NCBI GenBank assembly: GCA_029932035.1
Contig: JAOZQV010000001.1
Location: 1-39,024 of the forward strand
Length of the DNA: 39,024 nucleotides
Origin: Deltaproteobacteria bacterium
GTDB lineage: Bacteria > Desulfobacterota > DSM-4660 > Desulfatiglandales > Desulfatiglandaceae
Direction: 5' to 3'
Of this stretch, positions 1 to 9,053 are shown in pieces. The notes beneath the pieces were generated by a model, which did not search any database, was not told where the DNA came from, and was given only the letters and a program-made list of their open reading frames with translations. The translations under genes and the position numbers were made by a program. Every line of letters starts with the position of its first letter. Within the stretch, counting starts at the first letter, position 1.

Positions 1-101
1 ATGTCAAGATATTATTGACTATACGTTTAGATGTTGATAGCTTAACTTATCAAAATTCTTAATTATAAGAGAGCATATCTCAAACTGAAAGAGGAGGAGA
101 G

Positions 102-1676
102 ATGAAGGTAAGCAACGTTTCTGAGATGAGGAACTTAGACAAAACGGCCGTTAAGGAATTCGGTATCAAAGAAGAACTGTTGATGGAAAACGCCGGGGAG
201 GCGACCTATTTCGTTATTTCAAAGGAATGTGGTATTAAGGGAAAAAAGTTCATCATATTTTGCGGCATAGGCAATAATGGTGGCGATGGATTCGTTATTG
301 CAAGGAAAATTCATTCCAATGGTGGAAAAGTAAAGGTTTTTATCTTAGGTGATAAGGGGAAATACAGGGGCGCGGCAAGACTCAATCTTGACATTATTTC
401 CCGGCTGATGATTGAGGTTCGAGAGGTTGAATCTGTCGAATCTGTCAAAATGGATGTTGCCCATTCAGACGCCATTGTAGATGCTATCTTCGGCACAGGC
501 CTGATCCGGGAGGTCACGGGGCTGTATCAGAATATCATTGAACTGATCAATGGCAGCGGGAAGACGATAATCAGCGTTGACATCCCTTCCGGAGTCACAG
601 GAGATGCGGGAAAGATCATGGGTGTTGCGGTAAAGGCGGATTATACTGTGACCTTTGGTCTTCCAAAGACCGGAAATATCCTGTTCCCGGGCCATGATCT
701 TTGCGGTAAACTGTTTGTTACGCACATCTCCTTCCCTCCCGCAATGTATAATTCCGATTCGCTGAAGGTTGAGATAAATCAGCCAAAAAGGCTTCCACCA
801 AGAGAAAGGGATGGCCATAAGGGGAGTTTTGGCCAGGTCCTTTTTATTGCTGGCGCGGCAAACTATTTTGGCGCGCCCTATTTCTCGGCCCTGTCTTTTC
901 TGAAGGCTGGAGGAGGGTATTCCCGTCTTGCAGCGCCTGCATCCATCACACCCCACATTGCCAACAAAGGGAGCGAGATAGTTTTCTTGCCCCAAAAAGA
1001 GACAGCCGCTGGAAGTATATCTCTCGAAAATAAGGATTTTCTCCTTGATCTGGCAGAGAAAATGGACATGGTTGTCCTGGGACCCGGCCTGTCATTAGAC
1101 GAAGAAACTCAAGGTCTGATAAGGGAGTTGGTAAAGGAGATCAACCGGCCGATTCTCATAGATGGCGATGGAATTACTGCCATTTCCAAGGACTTGAAAA
1201 TTATAAGAGAGAGGAAATCCGGCACTATTCTTACTCCGCATCCGGGCGAAATGTCTAAGCTTACGGGAGTGGACATACAAGAAATAGATGCCAACAAGAT
1301 CGATATGCTTCAGCGCATATCTAAGGAACTGAACACGATTATTGCCCTGAAAGGCGGCCGTTCACTGATTGGTTTTCCTGATAAACGGGTTTTTGTTAAT
1401 ATGTCGGGAAATCCGGGCATGGCAACCGCTGGCTCGGGTGATGTTCTTACTGGAGTTATCGCCGCAATGTTTGGTCTTGGTCTGAACATAGGTAATTCCG
1501 TGTTGAAGGGGGTGTTTATTCATGGATTTGCCGGAGATTTGGCCGCCAAAGAAAAGGGTGAGGACGGGATAACAGCCCAGGATATCCTTGATTATTTGCC
1601 CCTTGCCCTGAAAATGGATCGGGAGGATCTAAGCGAAACTTATATGGACCGTTATAAAGGAGCCCAAATTATTTAA
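102..1676 (+). CDS. nnr: Bifunctional NAD(P)H-hydrate repair enzyme Nnr (YjeF_N epimerase + ADP-dependent dehydratase)
   Basis: 524-aa ORF. N-terminal GIGNNGGDG motif of the YjeF_N epimerase domain. C-terminal carbohydrate-kinase-like domain with GSGDVLTG. Strong SD (gaggaggagag) directly upstream of the ATG. Confidence 0.9.
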   Translation: MKVSNVSEMRNLDKTAVKEFGIKEELLMENAGEATYFVISKECGIKGKKFIIFCGIGNNGGDGFVIARKIHSNGGKVKVFILGDKGKYRGAARLNLDIISRLMIEVREVESVESVKMDVAHSDAIVDAIFGTGLIREVTGLYQNIIELINGSGKTIISVDIPSGVTGDAGKIMGVAVKADYTVTFGLPKTGNILFPGHDLCGKLFVTHISFPPAMYNSDSLKVEINQPKRLPPRERDGHKGSFGQVLFIAGAANYFGAPYFSALSFLKAGGGYSRLAAPASITPHIANKGSEIVFLPQKETAAGSISLENKDFLLDLAEKMDMVVLGPGLSLDEETQGLIRELVKEINRPILIDGDGITAISKDLKIIRERKSGTILTPHPGEMSKLTGVDIQEIDANKIDMLQRISKELNTIIALKGGRSLIGFPDKRVFVNMSGNPGMATAGSGDVLTGVIAAMFGLGLNIGNSVLKGVFIHGFAGDLAAKEKGEDGITAQDILDYLPLALKMDREDLSETYMDRYKGAQII

Positions 1677-1737
1677 GGCGGATTTGGAGATTAAGGGATT
1701 AAGGAATTGCATCTAACACGCACTTCTTAAGGGCGTA

Positions 1738-1775
1738 TCAATATTCAATATTCAATCGTCAATATTCAATTCAAG
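1738..1775. repeat. 38-bp heptamer-periodic repeat, copy A (tca + atattca atattca atcgtca atattca attcaag)
   Basis: Read directly from the sequence. Near-identical to 6406..6443, with the same five-unit architecture and differences only in unit 3 and the last bases. Lies in the AT-rich intergenic region between nnr and the UPF0280 gene. Confidence 0.8.
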
Positions 1776-2092
1776 ACGTGTTGTCTAATTTCAAATGATG
1801 TGGTATTTTTGATACACTTTTTATTGTGGTGTTTTTGCATGACTTAGCTAACTATCTAAAATTTGTGATTATTTATTCAAATTGAGAGTATGGCAGGGAT
1901 TTTGCATAGAGTTCATTAAGAATACGTATAACGGCCTGTGTTTCAACCAGGCTTCTCGGATGTGCGTGCATCTTTTTTCCCACGATCTTAAACCACTTAG
2001 GAGGGAAGATTAATAGGGGAGGAAATAACGGCATCTTGGGAAGCCTTTTTTTTGTCCAATACCTCAATCCAATTCTTTGTGGTCGCGCTGTT

Positions 2093-2821
2093 ATGCCCCA
2101 GTACAGAGAACGTACTTACAGGAAAAGGGTCAGTTCTAAGGACCTAACCTGCTTTAGTGTTGCTGTCAAAGAGACAGATCTATGGCTTTGTGCAGATAAA
2201 AACTTAGAAAAAGAGACCAGAGATCTGATATTTGATTGCAGGCATCAGCTTGAATCCTACATAAGATCTCACCCGGAATTTCCACACTCCCTCGTACCCT
2301 TAGAGGGGGATCCCTATGCCCCCCCGATTGTAAAAGAGATGATCCGTGCAACAGGGAAGATCGATGTGGGGCCTATGGCATCTGTGGCAGGCGCTATTGC
2401 CCAGTATGTTGCAACGGGGCTTCTTAATCTTACAGATCAGGTAATCGTAGAGAACGGAGGAGATATTTTCCTGAAGGCCGATCGGCCACTAACTGTCTCG
2501 GTTTTTGCAGGGGCTTCGCCTTTGAGTGGGAGATTTGGACTCTTGATTCCCGTGAGTCAGATGCCCTTGGGCGTCTGTTCTTCATCTGCAACCGTAGGCC
2601 ATTCACTGAGCCGGGGGATCGCAGATGTGGTCTGCACCCTTTCGTCATCAGGGGCCATGGCAGATGGCGCTGCAACCGCCCTCGGAAACAGGGTCAAAAA
2701 AAAGAGAGATCTTGAGGAAGTAGCCCGATGGGCGAATCAGATCGAGGGTGTTTTGGGTGGAATGGTTATTGTGGGAGATACCATGGCCACCTGGGGGGAT
2801 ATTGAGCTTGTAGAGGTATGA
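2093..2821 (+). CDS. UPF0280 family protein (ApbE-superfamily-like)
   Basis: The ORF track gives 2036..2821. I prefer the internal ATG at 2093 (MPQYRERTYRK...), which matches the usual N-terminus of the family. Family-typical blocks are present: ETDL, GPMASVAGAIA, VENGGDIFL, SSSATVGHSLSRGIAD. Confidence 0.7.
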   Translation: MPQYRERTYRKRVSSKDLTCFSVAVKETDLWLCADKNLEKETRDLIFDCRHQLESYIRSHPEFPHSLVPLEGDPYAPPIVKEMIRATGKIDVGPMASVAGAIAQYVATGLLNLTDQVIVENGGDIFLKADRPLTVSVFAGASPLSGRFGLLIPVSQMPLGVCSSSATVGHSLSRGIADVVCTLSSSGAMADGAATALGNRVKKKRDLEEVARWANQIEGVLGGMVIVGDTMATWGDIELVEV

Positions 2822-2823
2822 GT

Positions 2824-3312
2824 CTAAAGATCATACAATCTGTCATCAACCGCAGGTGGTCGGTATTTGGGGCCTTTGGGATGTTTTTTTTCAAAGGCAA
2901 AAGGCTCTTCCCCTTCCAAGAGATCTCCCATCTCAGCCTCTATGGTTTCGGGATCTTCCCCTGCTTCCATTCTCCCCAATGCCTCCTCCATCCCAGACCC
3001 CAGATTTAACCCGGTCATATCTGTCAATTTGCGCATCAGATTGGCGGCCTGTTTTGGATCATTTTCATCCATATGCTCGGCCTCTCTTGCAAGGAGGTTC
3101 ATCGCGTTTTCCATTTTTCTTTCGTCCATGTCGGGAAGAGGCATTTCCTCTTCCTCTCCCTGACCCCGGGGGCTGGCAAAGACCGACATGCGACGTTCGA
3201 GTTCGATCTTCCGGCATTTGGGGCATATAGGCCTTTTCTCGGTGTTTACTGATTTGGAGAAGAAATTGAATATCATGTGACATTCAGTACAATAAAATTC
3301 GTATATCGGCAT
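2824..3312 (-). CDS. FmdB-family zinc-ribbon protein (CxxC...CxxC) with a long acidic tail
   Basis: N-terminus MPIYEFYCTEC...CPKC is the characteristic FmdB/CxxC_CxxC_SSSS start. The rest is Glu/Asp-rich and low in complexity. SD ggaggtagg lies upstream. Confidence 0.75.
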   Translation of the reverse strand: MPIYEFYCTECHMIFNFFSKSVNTEKRPICPKCRKIELERRMSVFASPRGQGEEEEMPLPDMDERKMENAMNLLAREAEHMDENDPKQAANLMRKLTDMTGLNLGSGMEEALGRMEAGEDPETIEAEMGDLLEGEEPFAFEKKHPKGPKYRPPAVDDRLYDL

Positions 3313-3472
3313 TTTTCCTACCTCCGGATATCGTCAACCCTAACGAGGCCTGACCTCATACATTCTATGATCTGTGGTTTAAGATAATGACCTTGTCTCA
3401 CTCCTGTCAAATGATTTTTCCGGTTTGTGGGGATTATTTCTATAGATTATGCCTTGTCTTTTTTCTTAGGTT

Positions 3473-3480
3473 GGTATACT
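3473..3480 (+). promoter_or_regulatory. Possible extended -10 promoter element (TGgTATACT) for the phosphoesterase gene
   Basis: tggtatact sits about 55 nt upstream of the ATG at 3535, in a divergent intergenic region. A weak -35-like ttgtct lies 15 nt upstream. Pattern match only. Confidence 0.3.
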
Positions 3481-3534
3481 CTCCATCTGAAATTTATCTA
3501 CCCCTGTGTGAACCGGCCTGTTTTGGATAATGCA

Positions 3535-4011
3535 ATGAAAATCGGAGTGCTTTCAGATACACACCTGTATCAGGTGACAGAAGAATTTATTGCGATCTAT
3601 GACAAATATCTCTCTGATAAAGACATAATTCTGCATGCGGGCGACGTTGTTTCCCCTGAGATTATTGACTTCCTAAATGCGAAGGATTTTCACGGTGTTT
3701 ACGGCAATATGGATCCTTTGGAGGTAAAGAGATTTCTTCCGGATAAAAAGGTTATTAATTTAGGTGGTTACAGATTGGGGCTTATTCATGGGTGGGGTCG
3801 TTCTGATGATTTGGAAGATCGCATCCTACCCCTGTTTAATGGGGTGGACGTTATTGTCTATGGGCATTCGCACATCGCTTCGAACCACATAAGAGACGGG
3901 ATTCTTTTTTTTAATCCCGGGACAGCAACCGGCTACAGCTCATCCGGTTTTCATAGCATAGGTGTTTTGGAATTGGGTGATGCGGTGCGGGGTGAAATTA
4001 TAACTATTTGA
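3535..4011 (+). CDS. YfcE/MJ0936-family metallophosphoesterase
   Basis: MKIGVLSDTH, HAGD, GNMD and YGHSH metal-ligand motifs appear in the canonical order. The start is trimmed from the track's GTG at 3427 to the ATG at 3535, where homology begins. Confidence 0.85.
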   Translation: MKIGVLSDTHLYQVTEEFIAIYDKYLSDKDIILHAGDVVSPEIIDFLNAKDFHGVYGNMDPLEVKRFLPDKKVINLGGYRLGLIHGWGRSDDLEDRILPLFNGVDVIVYGHSHIASNHIRDGILFFNPGTATGYSSSGFHSIGVLELGDAVRGEIITI

Positions 4012-4021
4012 GGAAGCCTTT

Positions 4022-4531
4022 ATGATGGTATTGTGGGCGCCATGGAGAATGGAATATATCCTCTCCGATCAGAAGGAGGGAGACTGTATTTTTTGCCCTG
4101 GAAAGAATCGCGGTGAAGACGAGTCAAGATTGATTTTGTACGTGGGTCAGCTCTCCATGGTAATGATGAACCGGTTTCCATATATCAATGGACATCTTTT
4201 GGTAGCGCCGGTGAGGCATGTTAGGGGTCTGGAATTACTCTCTCAGGAAGAAAAACTTGATCTGTTAACTATGGTTAGCAAGTCGATTGAGGTCCTGAAG
4301 AAAGCCATAGGTCCGGAGGGTTTTAACGTGGGGTTAAACCTTGGCAGGGTGGCTGGAGCAGGTGTTGAAGAACACATGCATTTTCATATTGTGCCCCGTT
4401 GGAATGGGGACACCAACTATATGACAGTTCTCGGGGAAGTGAGGGTGATCCCGGAACACATTGTGGAGACCTATCACAGGCTTTTACCGTATTATGGAAA
4501 ACCTAACGTTAATTATGGAGGTAAGAAATGA
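4022..4531 (+). CDS. HIT (histidine triad) family nucleotide hydrolase/transferase
   Basis: Histidine triad HMHFHIVPRW near the C-terminus. SD gaggaa upstream. Confidence 0.85.
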   Translation: MMVLWAPWRMEYILSDQKEGDCIFCPGKNRGEDESRLILYVGQLSMVMMNRFPYINGHLLVAPVRHVRGLELLSQEEKLDLLTMVSKSIEVLKKAIGPEGFNVGLNLGRVAGAGVEEHMHFHIVPRWNGDTNYMTVLGEVRVIPEHIVETYHRLLPYYGKPNVNYGGKK

Positions 4532-4875
4532 AACATTTAAAGGCGATTATTGTAATCCTGTTTTTGCTTCTTGTTGTCATCTTGGCCGTTCAAAATTACC
4601 AAGCCTTGTCAACCCCCATTAGTTTTAAAGTCAACCTCCTCTTTCTGAATGCTGAATCTTCAGGCCTGCCGGTGTTCCTTATCGCTGTTGTCACTTTTCT
4701 GGTGGGTGTTATCAGTACCTGGTTGTATGGAATTTCAGAGCGCCTTGGGTTCAGGCGGCAGGTCAAGGTCTTGACGAAGGATGTGAAGGATAAGGAAAAA
4801 GAGTTGAATTCACTAAGGAATTTGCCGGTGACCACCGAGGATATGAGCGCTGATCAACCCGCCGTCAATACATGA
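4528..4875 (+). CDS. lapA: LapA-family (DUF1049) inner-membrane protein
   Basis: Two TM helices in the typical YciS/LapA layout, with a charged C-terminal tail. ATGA overlap with the HIT stop. A LapB-like gene follows. Confidence 0.7.
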   Translation: MKHLKAIIVILFLLLVVILAVQNYQALSTPISFKVNLLFLNAESSGLPVFLIAVVTFLVGVISTWLYGISERLGFRRQVKVLTKDVKDKEKELNSLRNLPVTTEDMSADQPAVNT

Positions 4876-5061
4876 TAAAAAAACCTACGGGGTTACTTTT
4901 TATGTAGCCATTCAAGGGGTTCGCATAGCACCTGAATTCCTCCCCCAGCGGGACTTCCTGAGTTCTAAACGCTCTTGCACCAAAGTTCATACTGAGCTTT
5001 GTCCATACAAGGCGGAGTGGCCCAAGCCTTTTGTGGACGTGTCAGTCTAAGGGAGATCACC

Positions 5062-6285
5062 ATGTTGCAATCAGTATGGCAATGGTTTCTTGAATTAGGG
5101 GGCCAACAGGGGCTCCTATTCTCAATTATTGCCCTTCTGATCGGTCTTATTTTGGGTTCTTGGATACGACCCTTTAAGAGAGAAACGGGGAAGGCCGTTG
5201 TTAGCAAAGGAGACAAATCGTTCTTCAAGGGGATACAGTATCTTCTCTCCAACGATCATGATCAGGCCATAGAAGAATTCACCAAATCAGTCCAGGTAAA
5301 CTCAGATACCATTGAGACCTATGTTGCGCTTGGGAACCTTTATCGTTCAAAGGGTGATATAGACAGGGCCATACGGATTCGTCAGAATATCATTTTGAGG
5401 CCAAATATAGATGAGCGAATAAAGGTTAGGGCTATTTTCGATTTGGCTAAGGATTACCGGAAAGGGGGTTTCCTTAATCGGGCGCTGAGCACGTTTCTTG
5501 AAGTGACAGAACAAAGCCCTGCAAATGCGGAGATACTGAAAGAGATCGAAAGGATCTACGAGGAATTAAGAGATTGGGAAAATGCCTATGAAACGCGACA
5601 AAAAATTGCTCGATTAGACAAGGGTAACCATCAACATATCTTAGCACATTATCTGGTTGAGACAGGAAAGGTCTGTCAGGAGAAAGGGGATCTGAGCAGG
5701 GCGAGGTCTCTTTTTACAAAGGCCATATCCACCCACAAAAGGTGTGTCGATGCCTACCTTCACTTAGGTGACCTCCATTTCGCAAGACAAGAGTATAAAA
5801 AGGCAATAGCTGCCTGGAAAAAGGTGGTTGAGATAATTCCCCAGTTCACCTTCTTGGCGTATCGCCGTCTGGAAGGGGCTTACTCGCAGATGAAGAATCT
5901 GGAGCCGGTGGGAATTTTCCTGAAGGAGTGTGCCCAATCCAACTCCGATGCCTTCACGCATATGGCTTTGGCGCGCTACCTGCACAATGAAAACGACGTA
6001 GAAGGCGCGCTAAGGGAGACAAAAAGCGCTCTTGCATTGGACCCTTCTTTTTGGGAGGCCAGGAAATTCAAGGGGGAGATTCTTCTGAGCCAGGGCAGGG
6101 AAAAGGACGTAATAACCGATTATGTTGAGATCATGGAACATCTGAATATACCCTATCTCAGATTTAGATGCTCCCAGTGCGGCTTTGAACCGAGTGAGCT
6201 CCAATGGAAATGTCCCCAGTGCAACCGATGGGACACAATCGGCTTAATAGATTCCACTGGCGCCGCAGTCGAACAACCCGCTTGA
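5062..6285 (+). CDS. lapB: Lipopolysaccharide assembly protein B (YciM): N-terminal TM, TPR repeats, C-terminal rubredoxin-like zinc site
   Basis: N-terminal TM helix, multiple TPR-like repeats, and C-terminal CSQCG...CPQCNRWDT. Start placed at ATG 5062, preceded by aagggaga; the track's 4999 start adds an unlikely extension. Confidence 0.85.
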   Translation: MLQSVWQWFLELGGQQGLLFSIIALLIGLILGSWIRPFKRETGKAVVSKGDKSFFKGIQYLLSNDHDQAIEEFTKSVQVNSDTIETYVALGNLYRSKGDIDRAIRIRQNIILRPNIDERIKVRAIFDLAKDYRKGGFLNRALSTFLEVTEQSPANAEILKEIERIYEELRDWENAYETRQKIARLDKGNHQHILAHYLVETGKVCQEKGDLSRARSLFTKAISTHKRCVDAYLHLGDLHFARQEYKKAIAAWKKVVEIIPQFTFLAYRRLEGAYSQMKNLEPVGIFLKECAQSNSDAFTHMALARYLHNENDVEGALRETKSALALDPSFWEARKFKGEILLSQGREKDVITDYVEIMEHLNIPYLRFRCSQCGFEPSELQWKCPQCNRWDTIGLIDSTGAAVEQPA

Positions 6286-6326
6286 CGTTTCGTGCGGGCT
6301 GCGGGTTTGACTGTTCAAACGTTTTT
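6285..6326 (+). terminator. Possible intrinsic terminator at the lapB stop
   Basis: Two nested or alternative inverted repeats: aacccgc (6275-6281)/gcgggtt (6301-6307), and acgttt (6285-6290)/aaacgt (6317-6322). The second is followed by tttt. The geometry is not ideal because the loop is large. Confidence 0.3.
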
Positions 6327-6405
6327 CAATAGTCATTAGTGATGATCTTGTAAAAAGTCCGAAATCAAATTTTTCTTGCTTATAAACCTTTGATTTTATT
6401 GCATG

Positions 6406-6443
6406 TCAATATTCAATATTCAATATTCAATATTCAATTCAAA
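6406..6443. repeat. 38-bp heptamer-periodic repeat, copy B (tca + 4 x atattca + attcaaa), abutting the mutS ATG
   Basis: Read directly from the sequence. Four perfect ATATTCA units end one base before the mutS start codon at 6444. Sibling copy at 1738..1775. Confidence 0.85.
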
Positions 6444-9053
6444 ATGACCCAACTGACACCTATGTTGAAGCAGTACATGGGCATCAAGGATGAATTCCCT
6501 GATGCCATTTTATTTTTTCGCATGGGTGATTTTTACGAAATGTTTTTTGATGATGCTAAGATTGCCTCTAAAATCTTAGGTATTACCCTTACATCGAGAG
6601 GGACCTTTAACGGGGAAAAAGTTCCCATGTGTGGCATACCCCATCATGCCAACAGATCCTATATCGGGAGGCTGGTTGACAGCGGCTGGAAGGTTGCCAT
6701 TTGCGAGCAGACCGAGGATCCCAAATTGAGCAAGGGGATTGTCAAGAGGGAAGTGGTAAGGCTTGTTACTCCAGGGTCAGTGGTTGATGAAAAAGCTCTT
6801 GATCACAAGACCAACCTTTTTATGGCTGCAATTTCGGGTGAAGACGGGGCCTATGGGTTGGCGCATGTGGACCTTTCAACCGGCGAATTCAGGGTAACAG
6901 AGATCGGGTTATTTGATGAACTTTTAGACGAATTAGGGAGAATAGATCCCGCTGAACTGCTGATCCCTGAAAACGAGCAATTATCAGAGCGAAAAGAGCT
7001 TGCCGATTACCGATTGGAGATAATAGAGAGTCACTCTTTTGACCCTCTCGGGGCTGAGGTCCTACTTAAAGAGCAACTCGAGGTGAAATCCCTGGTTGGA
7101 TTTGGATGCCAGGACATGGTCCAGGGCATCATCGCAGCAGGGGCGCTTGTTTCATATCTCAGGGATACCCAGCAAGGATTCCCGGAGCACATTAAGGAAA
7201 TTGTGAGTTACCACATCGGGGACTTCATGGTCTTGGATGAGTCCACATGCGCTCATTTAGAGCTTTTGAAGACTATGCGCAGGCAGTCGGTGAAAGGATC
7301 ACTCTTCCATATCCTTGATAAAGCTGTGACACCGATGGGGAGTCGTCTCTTGAAAAGGTGGATTTTCTACCCCCTTATTAACATTGACAAGATCAGAGAG
7401 CGATTAGCTGCTGTTGCCTGCTTCAAGGACGATCCTTTGTTAAGAGGGGAAATAAGAGATGAGCTTAAAGAGATTTACGACATTGGACGTTTAAACGGCC
7501 GCATCGCCCTTAAGAGGGCTAATGCAAGGGACCTCTTGGCCCTTAAATCCTCAATTTTGAGGCTCCCTTTCATCAAGAATGCCTTGGAGAATTCAACCAG
7601 TACGCTGTTATCCGCCATTGCCTTAAGGTTAGATCTCCTCCAGGACATAGCATGTTTGATAGGGGAGACAATTTGCGAGGAGCCTCCCGTTTCGCTGAAA
7701 GAGGGAGGAATTATCAGAGAGGGGTATAACGCGGAGTTAGACAGGTTGATCTCTTTGAGCCGCGATGGAAAGAGCTGGATTGCGGGGTTTGCCCGTTCTG
7801 AGCAGGAAAGAACCGGGATATCGAGCCTGAAGGTAGGATTTAATAGGGTCTTTGGGTATTATATTGAGATCTCTAAGTCCAATTTACATCTCGCCCCTGC
7901 TGACTACATCAGAAAACAGACTTTGGTCAATGGCGAGCGTTATATTACTGAGGACTTGAAGGTCAAGGAAGGAGAGGTGCTGGACGCCGAAGAGAAGAGG
8001 GTAGAGCTTGAACTCAATATTTTCGAGGAAATCCGTGGGAAGATAGCGCTGGAAAACAGGCGGATAAAAGAGACTGCAGGGCTTATTTCCGAGATCGATG
8101 TTATTGCCGGTATGGCTGAAACTGCGGAAAACAACGATTACACATGTCCGGAAATCAATGATAGCACTGATATCAATATTACTCAGGGGCGGCATCCTGT
8201 AATCGAGTTGAGTGTTAAAGAAGAAGACTTTGTGCCCAACGATATCCATTTAGATTCTCTAAAGCAGCAGGTAATGATAATTACCGGCCCTAATATGGCA
8301 GGTAAATCTACCATCCTTAGACAGACCGCACTGACCGTGCTAATGGCCCAAATAGGAAGCTTTGTGCCCGCGTCAAAGGCTGTAGTAGGGATTGTGGATC
8401 GTATTTTTACCAGGGTGGGGGCATCAGATGACTTAGCAAGAGGACAGAGCACCTTCATGGTGGAGATGAATGAAACAGCAAACATCTTAAGACATATGAC
8501 TCCCAAAAGCCTTGTTATTTTAGATGAAATCGGACGGGGGACAAGCACCTATGATGGATTGAGCATTGCGTGGGCCGTTGCAGAGGCCTTACACGATAGA
8601 GAAGGGAGAGGAGTGCGGGCGCTTTTTGCCACCCACTATCACGAGCTGACAGAGCTTGTGACTACAAAGCATAGGATTAAGAACTTCAATATTGCAGTCC
8701 GGGAGTGGAATGACAAGATTGTTTTTTTAAGAAAGCTGGTCCCTGGAGGCACAAGCCGCAGTTATGGCATACAGGTGGCGCAGATTGCGGGGATCCCGAA
8801 GGACGTTGTCACGAGGGCCATGGAGATCTTAAGCAACTTGGAAGGAACCGATACCGATGAAGCCGGCAGGCCTCGTCTGGCTCATAATAGTGTGTCCGAA
8901 GAGGAGCGGGGGGATATGGTGCAGTTGGACCTTTTCGGATCGGTGGATTGGAAGCTGAGAGAATGGGTCACGGGTCTTGATATTAACTCTATGACCCCCG
9001 TAGAGGCGCTGGTGGAGCTTAATAAGTTAAAAGAGTGTGTGGTTACTAAGTGA
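6444..9053 (+). CDS. mutS: DNA mismatch repair protein MutS
   Basis: N-terminus TPMLKQY...FFRMGDFYEMF, Walker A GPNMAGKST, STFMVEM and DEIGRGTSTYDG. Start placed at ATG 6444 (MTQLTPM...) rather than the track's 6390, which would translate the repeat array. Confidence 0.95.
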   Translation: MTQLTPMLKQYMGIKDEFPDAILFFRMGDFYEMFFDDAKIASKILGITLTSRGTFNGEKVPMCGIPHHANRSYIGRLVDSGWKVAICEQTEDPKLSKGIVKREVVRLVTPGSVVDEKALDHKTNLFMAAISGEDGAYGLAHVDLSTGEFRVTEIGLFDELLDELGRIDPAELLIPENEQLSERKELADYRLEIIESHSFDPLGAEVLLKEQLEVKSLVGFGCQDMVQGIIAAGALVSYLRDTQQGFPEHIKEIVSYHIGDFMVLDESTCAHLELLKTMRRQSVKGSLFHILDKAVTPMGSRLLKRWIFYPLINIDKIRERLAAVACFKDDPLLRGEIRDELKEIYDIGRLNGRIALKRANARDLLALKSSILRLPFIKNALENSTSTLLSAIALRLDLLQDIACLIGETICEEPPVSLKEGGIIREGYNAELDRLISLSRDGKSWIAGFARSEQERTGISSLKVGFNRVFGYYIEISKSNLHLAPADYIRKQTLVNGERYITEDLKVKEGEVLDAEEKRVELELNIFEEIRGKIALENRRIKETAGLISEIDVIAGMAETAENNDYTCPEINDSTDINITQGRHPVIELSVKEEDFVPNDIHLDSLKQQVMIITGPNMAGKSTILRQTALTVLMAQIGSFVPASKAVVGIVDRIFTRVGASDDLARGQSTFMVEMNETANILRHMTPKSLVILDEIGRGTSTYDGLSIAWAVAEALHDREGRGVRALFATHYHELTELVTTKHRIKNFNIAVREWNDKIVFLRKLVPGGTSRSYGIQVAQIAGIPKDVVTRAMEILSNLEGTDTDEAGRPRLAHNSVSEEERGDMVQLDLFGSVDWKLREWVTGLDINSMTPVEALVELNKLKECVVTK

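Noticed and set aside
1873-2067. 64-aa minus-strand ORF in the nnr/UPF0280 intergenic region.
   Set aside because: No recognisable family, no SD, a Pro/Lys-rich N-terminus, and overlap with the likely promoter and 5' region of the UPF0280 gene. It could be a gene remnant, but I cannot support that.
6390-6443. N-terminal extensions proposed by the ORF track: mutS from 6390, phosphoesterase from 3427, lapB from 4999, ParA from 17532, ftsW from 30647, UPF0280 from 2036.
   Set aside because: The extensions translate repeat or intergenic sequence, or the 3' end of the upstream gene. They have no homology, and internal ATG codons with better context coincide with where family similarity begins.
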